Shown: in pieces, positions 1 through 10,936 of the stretch
How positions within the stretch are numbered: position 1 is the first letter of the stretch
Layout: every line of letters begins with the position of its first letter
DNA from: Eledone cirrhosa
Lineage: Eukaryota
Direction of reading: 5' to 3'
DNA: 19,989 nt
Assembly (NCBI GenBank): GCA_964016885.1
Contig: CAXHJY010000954.1
Span: 1-19,989, forward strand
Notes under the pieces: generated by a model
Told to the model about the DNA's origin: nothing
The model's database searches: none
Seen by the model: the letters and a program-made list of their open reading frames with translations, nothing else
Program-made: the position numbers and the translations under genes

Positions 1-2130
1 ATATGTGTGTATATATATGTGTGTATATATATGTGTGTGTATATATGTGTGTATGTATATATGTGTGTATATTATATGTGTGTATATATATATGTGTGTA
101 TATATATGTGTGTATATATATGTGTGTATATATATGTGTATATATATGTGTGTATATATGTGTTATATATATGTGTATATATATATGTGTATATATATAT
201 GTGTATATATATATGTGTATATATATATGTGTATATATATGTGTGTATATATATGTGTGTATATATATATGTGTATATATATGTGTGTATATATTGTGTA
301 TATATATATGTGTATATATATATGTGTATATATATGTGTGTATATATATATGTGTATATATATATGTGTATATATATATATGTGTGTATATATATATGTG
401 TATATATATATATGTGTATATATATATGTGTATATATATATATGTGTATATATATATATGTGTATATATATATATGTGTATATATATATATGTGTATATA
501 TATATATGTGTATATATATATATGTGTATATATATATGTGTATATATATATATGTGTATATATATATATGTGTATATATATATATGTGTATATATATATA
601 TGTGTATATATATATATGTGTATATATATATATGTGTATATATATATATGTGTATATATATATATGTGTATATATATATATGTGTATATATATATATGTG
701 TATATATATATATGTGTATATATATATATGTGTATATATATATATGTGTATATATATATATGTGTATATATATATATGTGTATATATATATATGTGTATA
801 TATATATATGTGTATATATATATATGTGTATATATATATATGTGTATATATATATATGTGTATATATATATATGTGTATATATATATATGTGTATATATA
901 TATATGTGTATATATATATATGTGTATATATATATATGTGTATATATATATATGTGTATATATATATATATGTGTATATATATATGTGTATATATATATA
1001 TGTGTATATATATATGTGTATATATATATATATATGTGTATATATATATATGTGTGTATATATATATATGTGTGTATATATATATATGTGTGTATATATA
1101 TATATGTGTATATATATATGTGTGTATATATATATGTGTATATATATATATGTGTATATATATATATGTGTATATATATATATGTGTATATATATATGTG
1201 TATATATATATATGTGTATATATATATGTGTGTATATATATATGTGTATATATATATATGTGTATATATATATATGTGTATATATATATATGTGTATATA
1301 TATATATGTGTATATATGTGTATATATATATATGTGTGTGTATATATATATATGTGTGTATATATATATATGTGTGTATATATATATATATGTGTATATA
1401 TATATATGTGTATATATATATATATGTGTGTATATATATATATGTGTATATATATATATGTGTGTATATATATATATGTGTGTATATATATATATGTGTG
1501 TATATATATATATGTGTGTATATATATATATGTGTGTATATATATATATATGTGTGTATATATATATATGTGTGTGTATATATATGTGTGTATATATATG
1601 TGTGTATATATATGTGTGTATATATATATGTGTGTATATATATATGTGTGTATATATATATGTGTGTATATATATATGTGTGTATATATATGTGTGTATA
1701 TATATATGTGTATATATATGTGTGTGTATATATATGTGTGTGTATATATGTGTGTATATATATGTGTATATATATGTGTATATATATATGTGTATGTATA
1801 TATGTGTATGTATATATGTGTATGTATATATATGTGTGTGTATATATATATGTGTATGTATATATATGTGTATGTATATATATGTGTGTGTATATATATG
1901 TGTGTATATATATATGTGTGTATATATATATGTGTGTATATATATATGTGTGTATATATATGTGTATATATATATATATGTGTATATATATATATATGTG
2001 TATATATATATATATGTGTGTATATATATATATGTGTGTATATATATATATGTGTGTATATATATGTGTGTATATATATATGTGTGTGTATATATATATG
2101 TGTGTGTGTGTTTATATATATATGTATGTG
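1..2130. repeat. (TA)n/(TG)n compound microsatellite-derived minisatellite; core unit about 16 bp, (TA)6TGTG
   Basis: Almost purely alternating TA/TG. A 16-bp period is clear at about 550-950, seen as the 16-aa repeat [16 protein letters not shown] in the ORF track. Confidence 0.98.
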
Positions 2131-2420
2131 TCAGGTCACCAGCTGGTGCTACTGGTAACATGTATCCCAGTACAACCTGTCTCATGGTCGGGTCGTTGGT
2201 GACTAAACTGGCAGCCCCACCAAGGTTTCTTGGTGAGGAGGGTGCCTTTGGACATCCTGCAGGACTAAAAAAAAAACCTGTCAAAGGGCAAAGGAGCTCT
2301 TAAGAGTCAATGGCCATCCAAAATCACCGGGAGAGATGACCCCTTAGCCTTTGTCAGGGCAGAATTCTAGGGGAAGGAAAATTCTGATATAGCACCTGCA
2401 ACTCTGATGGTATCCAACTG
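2131..2420 (+). mobile_element. Probable 5'-UTR-derived fragment of an RTE-type LINE or a derived non-autonomous element; rich in hairpins
   Basis: Contains CTAGGGGAAGGAAAATTCTGA, resembling the CTAGGAGAAGGAAAACTCTGA motif I recall from RTE 5' UTRs. Several inverted repeats are visible and part of it recurs at 2860-2957. Family assignment is inference. Confidence 0.45.
2320..2417 (+). repeat. 98-bp direct repeat, copy 1
   Basis: AAAATCACCGGGAGAGATGACCCC...CTGATGGTATCCAA recurs 540 bp downstream with 6 mismatches by manual alignment. Confidence 0.95.
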
Positions 2421-2658
2421 GAGGTATATGATTTTTAAAGCGATGAAATACCAATGAAGGTTGGAAAATCACTGATGAAGGACTATTTTTTTCATATGTA
2501 ATCCATGTGCAACCACGCAGCACTCAATTCTTCTCATGTTTTATATATATATATATATTCAATATTATTAAGGCTAAAAAGTGAGTCTTGTTACTCTGGA
2601 GTTTCACCTGTTCATCACAGGGTACAATACAATAGGAAAGAACATGATAATAGTATCA

Positions 2659-2700
2659 CTGATGATGTTGCAGATGTGCAACAAAAGTATATTTATATCA
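2659..2700 (+). ncRNA. Degenerate hammerhead-ribozyme-like motif, possibly a Penelope-like element remnant; probably inactive
   Basis: CTGATGA-T, then hairpin GTTGCA-gatg-TGCAAC, then AAAA where GAAA is expected, then the near-palindrome A(G)TATA-TT-TATAT-C. Helix I pairing is not convincing. Confidence 0.3.
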
Positions 2701-2815
2701 GTATTTTTAACCGTTGGTCAATCAAAGATAAACATTGATTGCCAAATAAACAGTGAGTGTGTTCTGTTATTATTTCTCGCAATATTATTACAAAAATATG
2801 ACCCTCCCCAAGTAT

Positions 2816-2847
<32 letters not shown>

Positions 2848-2859
2848 TGGATCAGGAAA

Positions 2860-2957
2860 AAAATCACCGGGAGAGATGACCCCTTAGCCTTTGTCAAGGC
2901 AGAATTCTATGAGAAGGAAAACTCTGATATAACACCTGCAACCCTGATGGTATCCAA
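2860..2957 (+). repeat. 98-bp direct repeat, copy 2
   Basis: Ungapped match to 2320-2417; preceded by a short (TA)n tract at about 2820-2846. Confidence 0.95.
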
Positions 2958-3119
2958 TGATGTTGACTTGTTCTTCTTTTTGGTAAATATCATCTTGGTT
3001 AAGAGAGTGGGACTGGCTTTGTGCAGTGCCTTTGCTCACTATAAAAGCTTCACGGCACAGGCATTGCTTTATATCTGGAGATCTCTCTGCATTTGTCGTC
3101 ACATGGTACCATGGGTCCA

Positions 3120-3280
3120 GCACTATGTGTCAATAATTGTCACTAGTGTAGTGTTTATACCAGAGTTTTCAAGTCGCTGGCTGGACTAAAAAGTCACACT
3201 CGTTCAGTGCATCGATAGGGGTTCTCCTACATGGATATAAAGTAGTGGCCGTACTCGAAAACGAGTTAGCAGCCACCATA
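3120..3280 (+). mobile_element. 3'-terminal fragment of an RTE-clade LINE related to the 15571-17932 element: degenerate C2H2 finger, stop codon, terminal stem-loop
   Basis: 3147-3218 translates CSVYTRVFKSLAGLKSHTRSVHR*, matching CRLCARHFGSLAGLKSHIRSQHC* at the end of ORF 16092-17519. The 3' end GTGGCCGTACTCGAAAACGAG..GCAGCCACCATA matches 17898-17933. The 5' boundary is approximate. Confidence 0.85.
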
Positions 3281-3319
3281 TGTATGTGTATATATATATG
3301 TATGTGTATATATATATAT

Positions 3320-5170
3320 ATCATCATCATTTTACGTCCGCTTTTCCCTGCTTGCAAGGGTGGGATGGGTCTTATTCAGCACAGCATCTCTCCACTCGTC
3401 ACGGTCCCTCGTCATCTCCACCGTGAGCTTCAATGATCTGAGGTCTGTTCTCACCACCTCCGCCCATGTTTTTCGTGGTCTACCTCTACCACGTCTTCCT
3501 TCAACTGGCATTTCCTGTCACTTCTTCACCCATCGGTCATCCTCCATGCGCGTCACATGTCCATACCACCTCAGTCTCCTCTCCCGTACACAATATTCTA
3601 TCCCTCTCAGACACAGTTTCTCTCTCAACACATTTATGCTGGGTCGTTCACGCACATTTACACTGCACATCCAACGGAGCATGCTTGCCTCATTTCTCTC
3701 CAGCCGTCGCATATCCTCTGCGGTTGCTGCCCATGTCTCACTACCATGCAGCATCGCGCTCCTCACACAGGCATCATACAACCGGCCTTTTGTACGCAGG
3801 GAGAAACCCTTCTTCGTCAACAGAGGAAGCAGCTCCCTAAACTTCTTCCAACCCGTCCTTATTCTAGAAACTATGGCCTCGGAACACCCTCCTCCCATGC
3901 TAATCTGATCTCCTAGGTACCGGAAGCTATCCACCACTTCTATAGCGCACTCCTGCATTTGAAAAATGTGTCTATCAATGCGACTTCTACTGTCTAATTT
4001 CCCTGTACATCTACTGCATACATATTTCTCCCTACCTGTTAGTTTGCCTGCTATCCCGCTACATCTCGTGTACCCAGGACCTGCATTGTGTGCATTTTAT
4101 AGAATTTATGCCAGTTCCTTTTCTGCATATCGAACATGGCCATTTCCCTGACGGAATCAGGGTTTTGTCCTCTTTTCTACTCATCAACACTTTTGTCTTA
4201 GCTAGGTTCAGTCTCAGTCCTCTTGCTTCCAACTGCTGTTTCCATAGCCGGAATTTATTCTCTAGCTCCTCTACTGATTCGGCTATAAGAACCAGATCGT
4301 CAGCATAGAGAAGTTCCCATGGACAGCCAGTCTTAAACTCCTCTGTTATGGCTTGGAGGACTATAATGAACAAGAACGGGCTGAGGACCGACCCCTGATG
4401 TACTCCTACTTGTATCTGGAATTCCTCACTAAACTCCATTCCTACCCTGACTTTACTGAGAGTACCTCTGTACAAAGTTTGCACTGTCCTCACAAGCCAT
4501 TCCTCAACACCTAGCTTCCTTAGGGACCACCAGATGACAGATCGGGGTACCCTATCAAAGGCCTTCTCTAGGTCAACAAAGGCTAAATATAGTGGCTTAT
4601 TCTTCTCTAAGAACCTCTCTTGCATTTGTCTCACCAAGAAGAGGGGAACTGTTGTACTCTTCCCAGGCACAAAACCAAACTGCATCTCATCTAGTTTGAC
4701 CTTTCTCTAATTAGTTGTGCTAAAATCCTTTCTGCCACTTTCATAACCTGGTCTATCAGTTTTATACCCCTATAATTGCACCTCTCCAAAGCATCCCCTT
4801 TACCTTTGTAGCAATTTATGAGAATACTGCTGCACCAGTCTTTGGGTATGACACCACTATATATAGCCTGATTGATGATGCGTGCAACCAGTTTAGTGCC
4901 TACGTTCCCTGATGCCTTCAGCATCTCAGCAACTATTCCCGATGGTCCGGCCGCCTTACCATTTTTCATTTCCCTAATCGCCTCTTGGACCCTATATTCG
5001 TCAATCTCAATAGCTGGTCCCTCTGTCGGATCTACCAAGGCTAATTTCTCTCTCTCCCATTCGTTCTCCACATTCATCAGTCTCTCATAATGACATTTCC
5101 AGGCCTCCTTTTTCTGGTCATTCGTGACACTAAGTACACCGGCATCATCCCGGACACATTTATCTCCAAT
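3320..5170 (-). mobile_element. 5'-truncated RTE-clade LINE lacking the endonuclease, with a short (TGA)n tail
   Basis: RT motifs NYRGIKL, QFGFVPGKST, FVDLEKAFDRV, GVHQGSVLSPFLF, YADD, FRYLG. RTE-type C-terminal motifs MLHGSETW, RRLRWYGHVTRM, RGRGRPRKTW. The 3' end reads CGGACGTAAAATGATGATGA directly into (TA)n. Confidence 0.93.
3332..5170 (-). pseudogene. Disrupted reverse transcriptase ORF of the RTE LINE, with a PHD-like insertion
   Basis: ORF pieces join via a frameshift near 4700 (RER/VKLDEMQ) and one near 4067 (WVH/RCSGI). A premature TGA at 3518-3520 is followed by in-frame QEMPVEGRRGRGRPRKTW...EKRT* ending at 3332. Confidence 0.9.
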
Positions 5171-7757
5171 ATGTATGTGTATATATATATATATGTATAT
5201 GTATGTGTATATATATATGTGTATGTATATATATATGTGTATGTATATATATATGTGTATGTGTATATATATATGTGTATGTGTATATATATATGTGTAT
5301 GTGTATATATATATGTGTATGTGTATATATATATGTGTATGTGTATATATATATGTGTATGTGTATATATATATGTGTATGTGTATATATATATGTGTAT
5401 GTGTATATATATGTGTATGTGTATATATATATGTAGGTGTATGTGTATATATATATGTGTATATGTATGTGTATATATGTATGTGTATATATGTATGTGT
5501 ATATATGTATGTGTATATATGTATGTGTATATATGTATGTGTATATATGTATGTGTATATATGTATATGTATGTGTATATATGTATGTGTATATATGTAT
5601 GTGTATATATGTATGTGTATATATGTATGTGTATATATGTATGTGTATATATGTATGTGTATATATGTATGTGTATATATGTATGTGTATATATATATGT
5701 ATGTGTATATATATATGTATGTGTATATATATATGTATGTGTATATATGTGTATATATATATGTATGTGTATATATATATGTATGTGTATATATATATGT
5801 ATGTGTATATATATGTATGTGTATATATATGTATGTGTATATATATGTATGTGTATATATATATATGTGTATATATATGTATGTGTATATATATATGTAT
5901 GTGTATATATATATGTATGTGTATATATATATGTATGTGTATATATATATGTATGTGTATATATATATGTATGTGTATATATATATGTATGTGTATATAT
6001 ATATGTATGTGTATATATATATGTATGTGTATATATATATGTATGTGTATATATATATGTATGTGTATATATATATGTATGTGTATATATATATATGTGT
6101 ATATATATATGTATGTGTATATATATATGTATGTGTATATATATATGTATGTGTATATATATATGTATGTGTATATATATATGTATGTGTATATATATAT
6201 GTATGTGTATATATATATGTATGTGTATATATATATGTATGTGTATATATATATGTATGTGTATATATATATGTATGTGTATATATATATGTGTGTGTAT
6301 ATATATATGTGTGTGTATATATATATGTGTGTGTATATATATATGTGTGTGTATATATATATATGTGTATATATATATATGTGTATATATATATATGTGT
6401 ATATATATGTATGTGTATATATATATGTATGTGTATATATATATGTATGTGTATATATATATGTATGTGTATGTATATATATATATATGTATGTATATAT
6501 ATATATGTATGTGTATATATATATGTATGTGTGTATATATATATATATATGTGTGTATATATATAGATGTGTGCATATAGATGTGTGTATATATATGTAT
6601 ATATATGTGTATATATATGTGTATATATATGTATGTGTATATGTGTATATGTGTATATATATGTGTATATATATATATATGTGTGTATATATATATATAT
6701 GTGTGTATATATATATATGTGTGTATATATATATGTGTATATATACGTGTGTATATATATACGTGTGTATATATATATGTGTGTGTATATATATATGTGT
6801 GTATATATATATGTATGTGTATATATATATGTGTATATGTATGTGTATGTGTATATATATATATGTATGTGTATATATATATGTGTGTATATATATATGT
6901 GTATATATATATATGTGTATATATATATATATGTATATATATATATGTGTATATATATATGTGTATATATATATGTGTATATATATATATGTGTATATAT
7001 ATATATGTGTATATATATATGTGTATATATATATATGTGTATATATATATATGTGTATATATATATATGTGTATATATATATATGTGTATATATATATAT
7101 GTGTATATATATATATGTGTATATATATATGTGTGTATATATATATGTGTGTATATATATATATGTGTATATATATATGTGTGTATATATATATATGTGT
7201 GTATATATATATGTGTGTATATATATATATGTGTGTATATATATATGTGTGTATATATATATATATATGTGTGTATATATATATATGTGTGTATATATAT
7301 ATGTGTGTGTATATATATATGTGTGTGTATATATATATGTGTGTATATATATATGTGTGTATATATATATATATGTGTATATATATATATATGTGTGTAT
7401 ATATATATATGTGTGTATATATATATATGTGTGTATATATATATATGTGTGTATATATATATATGTGTGTATATATATATATGTGTGTATATATATATAT
7501 GTGTGTATATATATATATGTGTGTATATATATATATGTGTGTATATATATATATGTGTGTATATATATATATGTGTGTATATATATATGTGTGTATATAT
7601 ATATGTGTGTATATATATATGTGTGTATATATATATGTGTGTATATATATGTGTGTATATATATATATGTGTGTATATATATATGTGCATATATATATAT
7701 ATGTGTGTGTGTATATATGTGTGTGTGTATATATATATATATATGTGTGTATATATA
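5171..7757. repeat. TA/TG microsatellite-derived minisatellite with successive 20-, 14-, 18- and 16-bp units
   Basis: GTGTATATATATATGTGTAT repeated at about 5240-5400, ATGTGTATATATATATGT at about 5880-6280, ATGTGTGTATATATATAT at about 7390-7570. Confidence 0.98.
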
Positions 7758-7834
7758 TTACTCTTTTACTCTTTTACCTGTTTCAGCCATCCGGCTGAGG
7801 CCATGCTGGGGCACCGCCCTTGCTGCTACACACT

Positions 7835-10800
7835 TTATCTCCAGCCTGTATAGGTTGGCCACTGGTGTAGGAGGGAGTTTGTTGCTGCTGCCCTTAGGTT
7901 TCCCTCGTGTCTTGCTGTGGGCTCATCCGGGATCCTGGATAACAAGGTGTCGAGATGTTTCTTAAAGACATCCACCTCCACGTCATGCAAGTCTCGCAGA
8001 TGCCTCGGCAGCCTGTTGAAGAGTTGAGGGCCCTTGAATCCCAGGCTATTGCAATACCTGATCCTTATTCTAGATGTGGAAGACGGGACCTTTGGCACCA
8101 CACAGTGACGTCCTGTTCGACGGTTGGTCCAGCTCCCAATGCCAAAGTTTGGTGCTAGTCCCTCCAGGATTTTCCACATATAGATCACTGCGTATCGCTC
8201 CCGTCTTCGCTCCAAGGAGTAGAGGTTCAGTTCCTTCAGCCTCTCCCAGTAGCTTGTCTCCCTCATCTTGGCAATCCTCTTGGTGTAGCTTCGCTGGATT
8301 GCCTCAAGCTCTGTGGTTAGTTTGACACTATGGGGTGACCACAGCTGGGAGCAGTAGTCCAGGCGGCTTAGGACAAAAGTCCTCCACAGTGTCAACATGG
8401 TGTCTCGATCTCTTGTAAGGAAAGTCCTCAAGATCCAGCCAGCGAATCGTCTACATGCTGTCGCCACCTTCATGATGTGTGAAGAAAAAGATGCATCATC
8501 GCTCATGTCTATGCCCAGGTCTCGTATCGATTTTGACACGGGGAAATCGGTCCCTCCTGGTCCTGTGTAGCTGTGTTCCGCTATATTTGTGTTTGTGTTT
8601 GCAGGTTTGTATTGTAGGGCTTGGAATTTGCCAGCATTAAACTGCATGTTGTTTTCTTCCGCCCATCTGTATATGGCATTCAGATCCTGCTGTAAGAGGG
8701 CAGCGTCAGCCGGGTTTTTGATTGCCTGTGCTACCTTAGTGTCATCAGCATAGCTAGTGAGGGTTGTTGTTGCATGCACCACAGAGGGCATGTCCGAGAG
8801 AGCCACCAAAAACAGTAGTGGTCCCAGGACTGTCCCCTGAGGCACCCCACTTGTTATCGGTGTTTCCCTCGAGAGGGCCCCATTTGCTGCGACTGCCTGG
8901 CTTCTGTCCCTTAGGAAGCCATGCAGCCACTCACCCACTTTTCCAGTTATGCCGAGTCCGTGTAGTTTGTGACATATCATTCCGTGGTCGACCTTGTCAA
9001 AGGCCTTCGCAAAGTCAAGATATATCACGTCTACATGTGAGCTGTCTAGTAGCTGTCTCAGTACCCAGTCGTAGTGATGTAGCAGCTGTGTAAGGCAGCT
9101 TCTTCCTGGGCGGAAGCCATGTTGCGTGCTAGTCAGGCGGTCATTTTCTTCGAGGAAAGTGATTAGTTTCTTTCTGACGACTCGCTCCATGACCTTACTG
9201 ATATGCGACGTCAGGGAGACTGGCCTATAGTTCTTGGCCTCCGCTCTACTACCTCCTTTATGGATAGGGCATATTGTGCCTTCTTTCAGCTCCCTGGGTA
9301 GTACACCGCTAGCCAAGGAGCTTCTGAAGAGCATCTTCAGTGGAGTTGCTAAGGCCCGCTTACATATTTTTAGGAGAACTGCTGGGAATCCATCAGGTCC
9401 AGCAGCCGAGTCTGTTCTAATTTCATCAATGGCGTACACCACATCCTCCTCCGTTATGTCTATGTGGTTGATGGTTGCCATTTCTTGATGTAGTGTTGTG
9501 GCATCAAAGAACTCCTCTGGCTTCGTTATTTGCATGTGCCTCAGTGGACATGTGAAGACACTTTTGTACTGTTCGTTCAGTATTTCACATATCTCTTGGG
9601 GATTTTCGGTTAATGAACCGTCCGTGTGGAAGAGTGGTCCAATCTTGCAGTGTACTGAGGCAGTTTCTTTTGCAAATTTAAAGAAGGCCTTAGGGTTTGT
9701 TTTAATGTTTTCTATGGCCCTGTTCTCTTTCCTTGCCCTCTCATTCTCATGTGAAAGCTTGAGTGCAATCTCGGTGTCAAGTAGTGCACGTTTCAAATAG
9801 GATTCCTTCTTGTTTTGGTTTTGTTGACTATTCAACTGGTTTGAGAGTTTAGTTCTACATCTCATAAGGATTTTCCTATCTCTGGGAATAAGATTTTTGT
9901 GTCTGTTTGCCTCTTTCTCCGGGACACACTTTTTGCATATGGTGTGTATCGTTGTCATGAAGTGTTGAAATTGTGTGTTAGTGTCTTGTGTGGCGATGTT
10001 TGCACTCCATGTTTGCTTCCGGATTTCACTCTTAATCTTCTTCCAGTCAGCCCCGTAGAAGTTAAGGCTGGATAGCGTCCCGGAGCTTCTTGGTGGTTTT
10101 GTCTCTGTTGGTTCTCTCGGACCACATATCATTAGCTCTACCAAGTTATGATCCGAGAGAATTGTTGGTGTCACCTTTACATTGTGGATGAGCACTTCGT
10201 TGTTTGTAAAACAGAGGTCCAGGACATTTTCGCCTCTTGTTGGGAGGAGTATTGCTTGCTCCATGAACAGCCTGTGTGTGAGGGCCAGCAGGGATTCCGT
10301 CTGTCTCTGTTCTATTGACGTCATTCCAGGGAGGAGGTGGACCTCAGGCCATTTGACCTTTGGTAGGTTGAAGTCTCCCAGCAGTAGGATGTTGAGACCC
10401 TGGTCCAGTTTGTCAAGGACCTCTTCTATCCTACTTAGGCTATCCTCAAATTTACCCTCATGACTGGGGGCATCGGGCGGCCGATATGTGTCACAGACTG
10501 AGTTTGAATGTGTCAACAGTACAATTGGTGTGACATCTTCACGGATATACAGAGCAACCCCACCATGAGTTCTCTCCTTCCTGTCCGAACGAAATACAGT
10601 ATATTTCGGTATATGTATTTCTGCATCTGCTATACTGCTTGTCGGGTGCGTTTCGGTTAGTGCCATGCATAGTGCTTGATTGCTTATGGGTAAGTCTCCC
10701 AGGTAGGAAATTTTACTCATGTTGCTGAGTTTCACCAGGCCCCTGACATTCAGCAGCAGCACTGGTGTGACTTTTGGGGTGCCAGTAATGGCTGTCGGTA

Positions 10801-10936
10801 TGACACCTGGTCTAGTGTCAGCGGCGGCCACTCTGGGTCCCTTAACTGCGGTGGTCTCGAGTGCTGGTGTGGATGACCCTGGCTCTGGAGACAATGCAGC
10901 CAGGTCAGCTGTCCCACAATCTTCTCTGCCATCACT
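7835..10936 (-). CDS. LINE ORF2: APE-like endonuclease plus reverse transcriptase; frame open; start given at the proposed -1 frameshift site
   Basis: EN motifs [41 protein letters not shown] motifs [51 protein letters not shown]. The track start at 10894 is a TTG; the frame is open back to a TGA near 11021. Confidence 0.9.
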   Translation of the reverse strand, partial: SDGREDCGTADLAALSPEPGSSTPALETTAVKGPRVAAADTRPGVIPTAITGTPKVTPVLLLNVRGLVKLSNMSKISYLGDLPISNQALCMALTETHPTSSIADAEIHIPKYTVFRSDRKERTHGGVALYIREDVTPIVLLTHSNSVCDTYRPPDAPSHEGKFEDSLSRIEEVLDKLDQGLNILLLGDFNLPKVKWPEVHLLPGMTSIEQRQTESLLALTHRLFMEQAILLPTRGENVLDLCFTNNEVLIHNVKVTPTILSDHNLVELMICGPREPTETKPPRSSGTLSSLNFYGADWKKIKSEIRKQTWSANIATQDTNTQFQHFMTTIHTICKKCVPEKEANRHKNLIPRDRKILMRCRTKLSNQLNSQQNQNKKESYLKRALLDTEIALKLSHENERARKENRAIENIKTNPKAFFKFAKETASVHCKIGPLFHTDGSLTENPQEICEILNEQYKSVFTCPLRHMQITKPEEFFDATTLHQEMATINHIDITEEDVVYAIDEIRTDSAAGPDGFPAVLLKICKRALATPLKMLFRSSLASGVLPRELKEGTICPIHKGGSRAEAKNYRPVSLTSHISKVMERVVRKKLITFLEENDRLTSTQHGFRPGRSCLTQLLHHYDWVLRQLLDSSHVDVIYLDFAKAFDKVDHGMICHKLHGLGITGKVGEWLHGFLRDRSQAVAANGALSRETPITSGVPQGTVLGPLLFLVALSDMPSVVHATTTLTSYADDTKVAQAIKNPADAALLQQDLNAIYRWAEENNMQFNAGKFQALQYKPANTNTNIAEHSYTGPGGTDFPVSKSIRDLGIDMSDDASFSSHIMKVATACRRFAGWILRTFLTRDRDTMLTLWRTFVLSRLDYCSQLWSPHSVKLTTELEAIQRSYTKRIAKMRETSYWERLKELNLYSLERRRERYAVIYMWKILEGLAPNFGIGSWTNRRTGRHCVVPKVPSSTSRIRIRYCNSLGFKGPQLFNRLPRHLRDLHDVEVDVFKKHLDTLLSRIPDEPTARHEGNLRAAATNSLLHQWPTYTGWR

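Noticed and set aside
2134-2250. HDV-like or twister ribozyme at the putative RTE leader
   Set aside because: A P1-like helix with a G-U first pair exists, but I could not place P3/L3, P1.1 or P2, and the twister pseudoknot elements are missing.
3-2303. Long 717-766 aa ORFs in all three plus frames
   Set aside because: Alternating TA/TG repeats cannot form stop codons; the products are low-complexity Y/I/V/C/M strings.
3360-5090. Short plus-strand ORFs opposite the RTE, and likewise those opposite the other LINEs
   Set aside because: Antisense shadows of RT coding sequence with no recognisable motifs.
5171-7965. Long repeat ORFs, including the N-terminal part of the 999-aa ORF apparently fused to RT
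   Set aside because: Only about the last 160 aa (4691-5170) are LINE-derived; the fusion is a chance in-frame junction with microsatellite.
10874-10917. H-type pseudoknot stimulating the frameshift
   Set aside because: Both stems can be drawn, but the loops would be about 1 nt and the spacer about 19 nt, which is implausible; only the hairpin is retained as a candidate.
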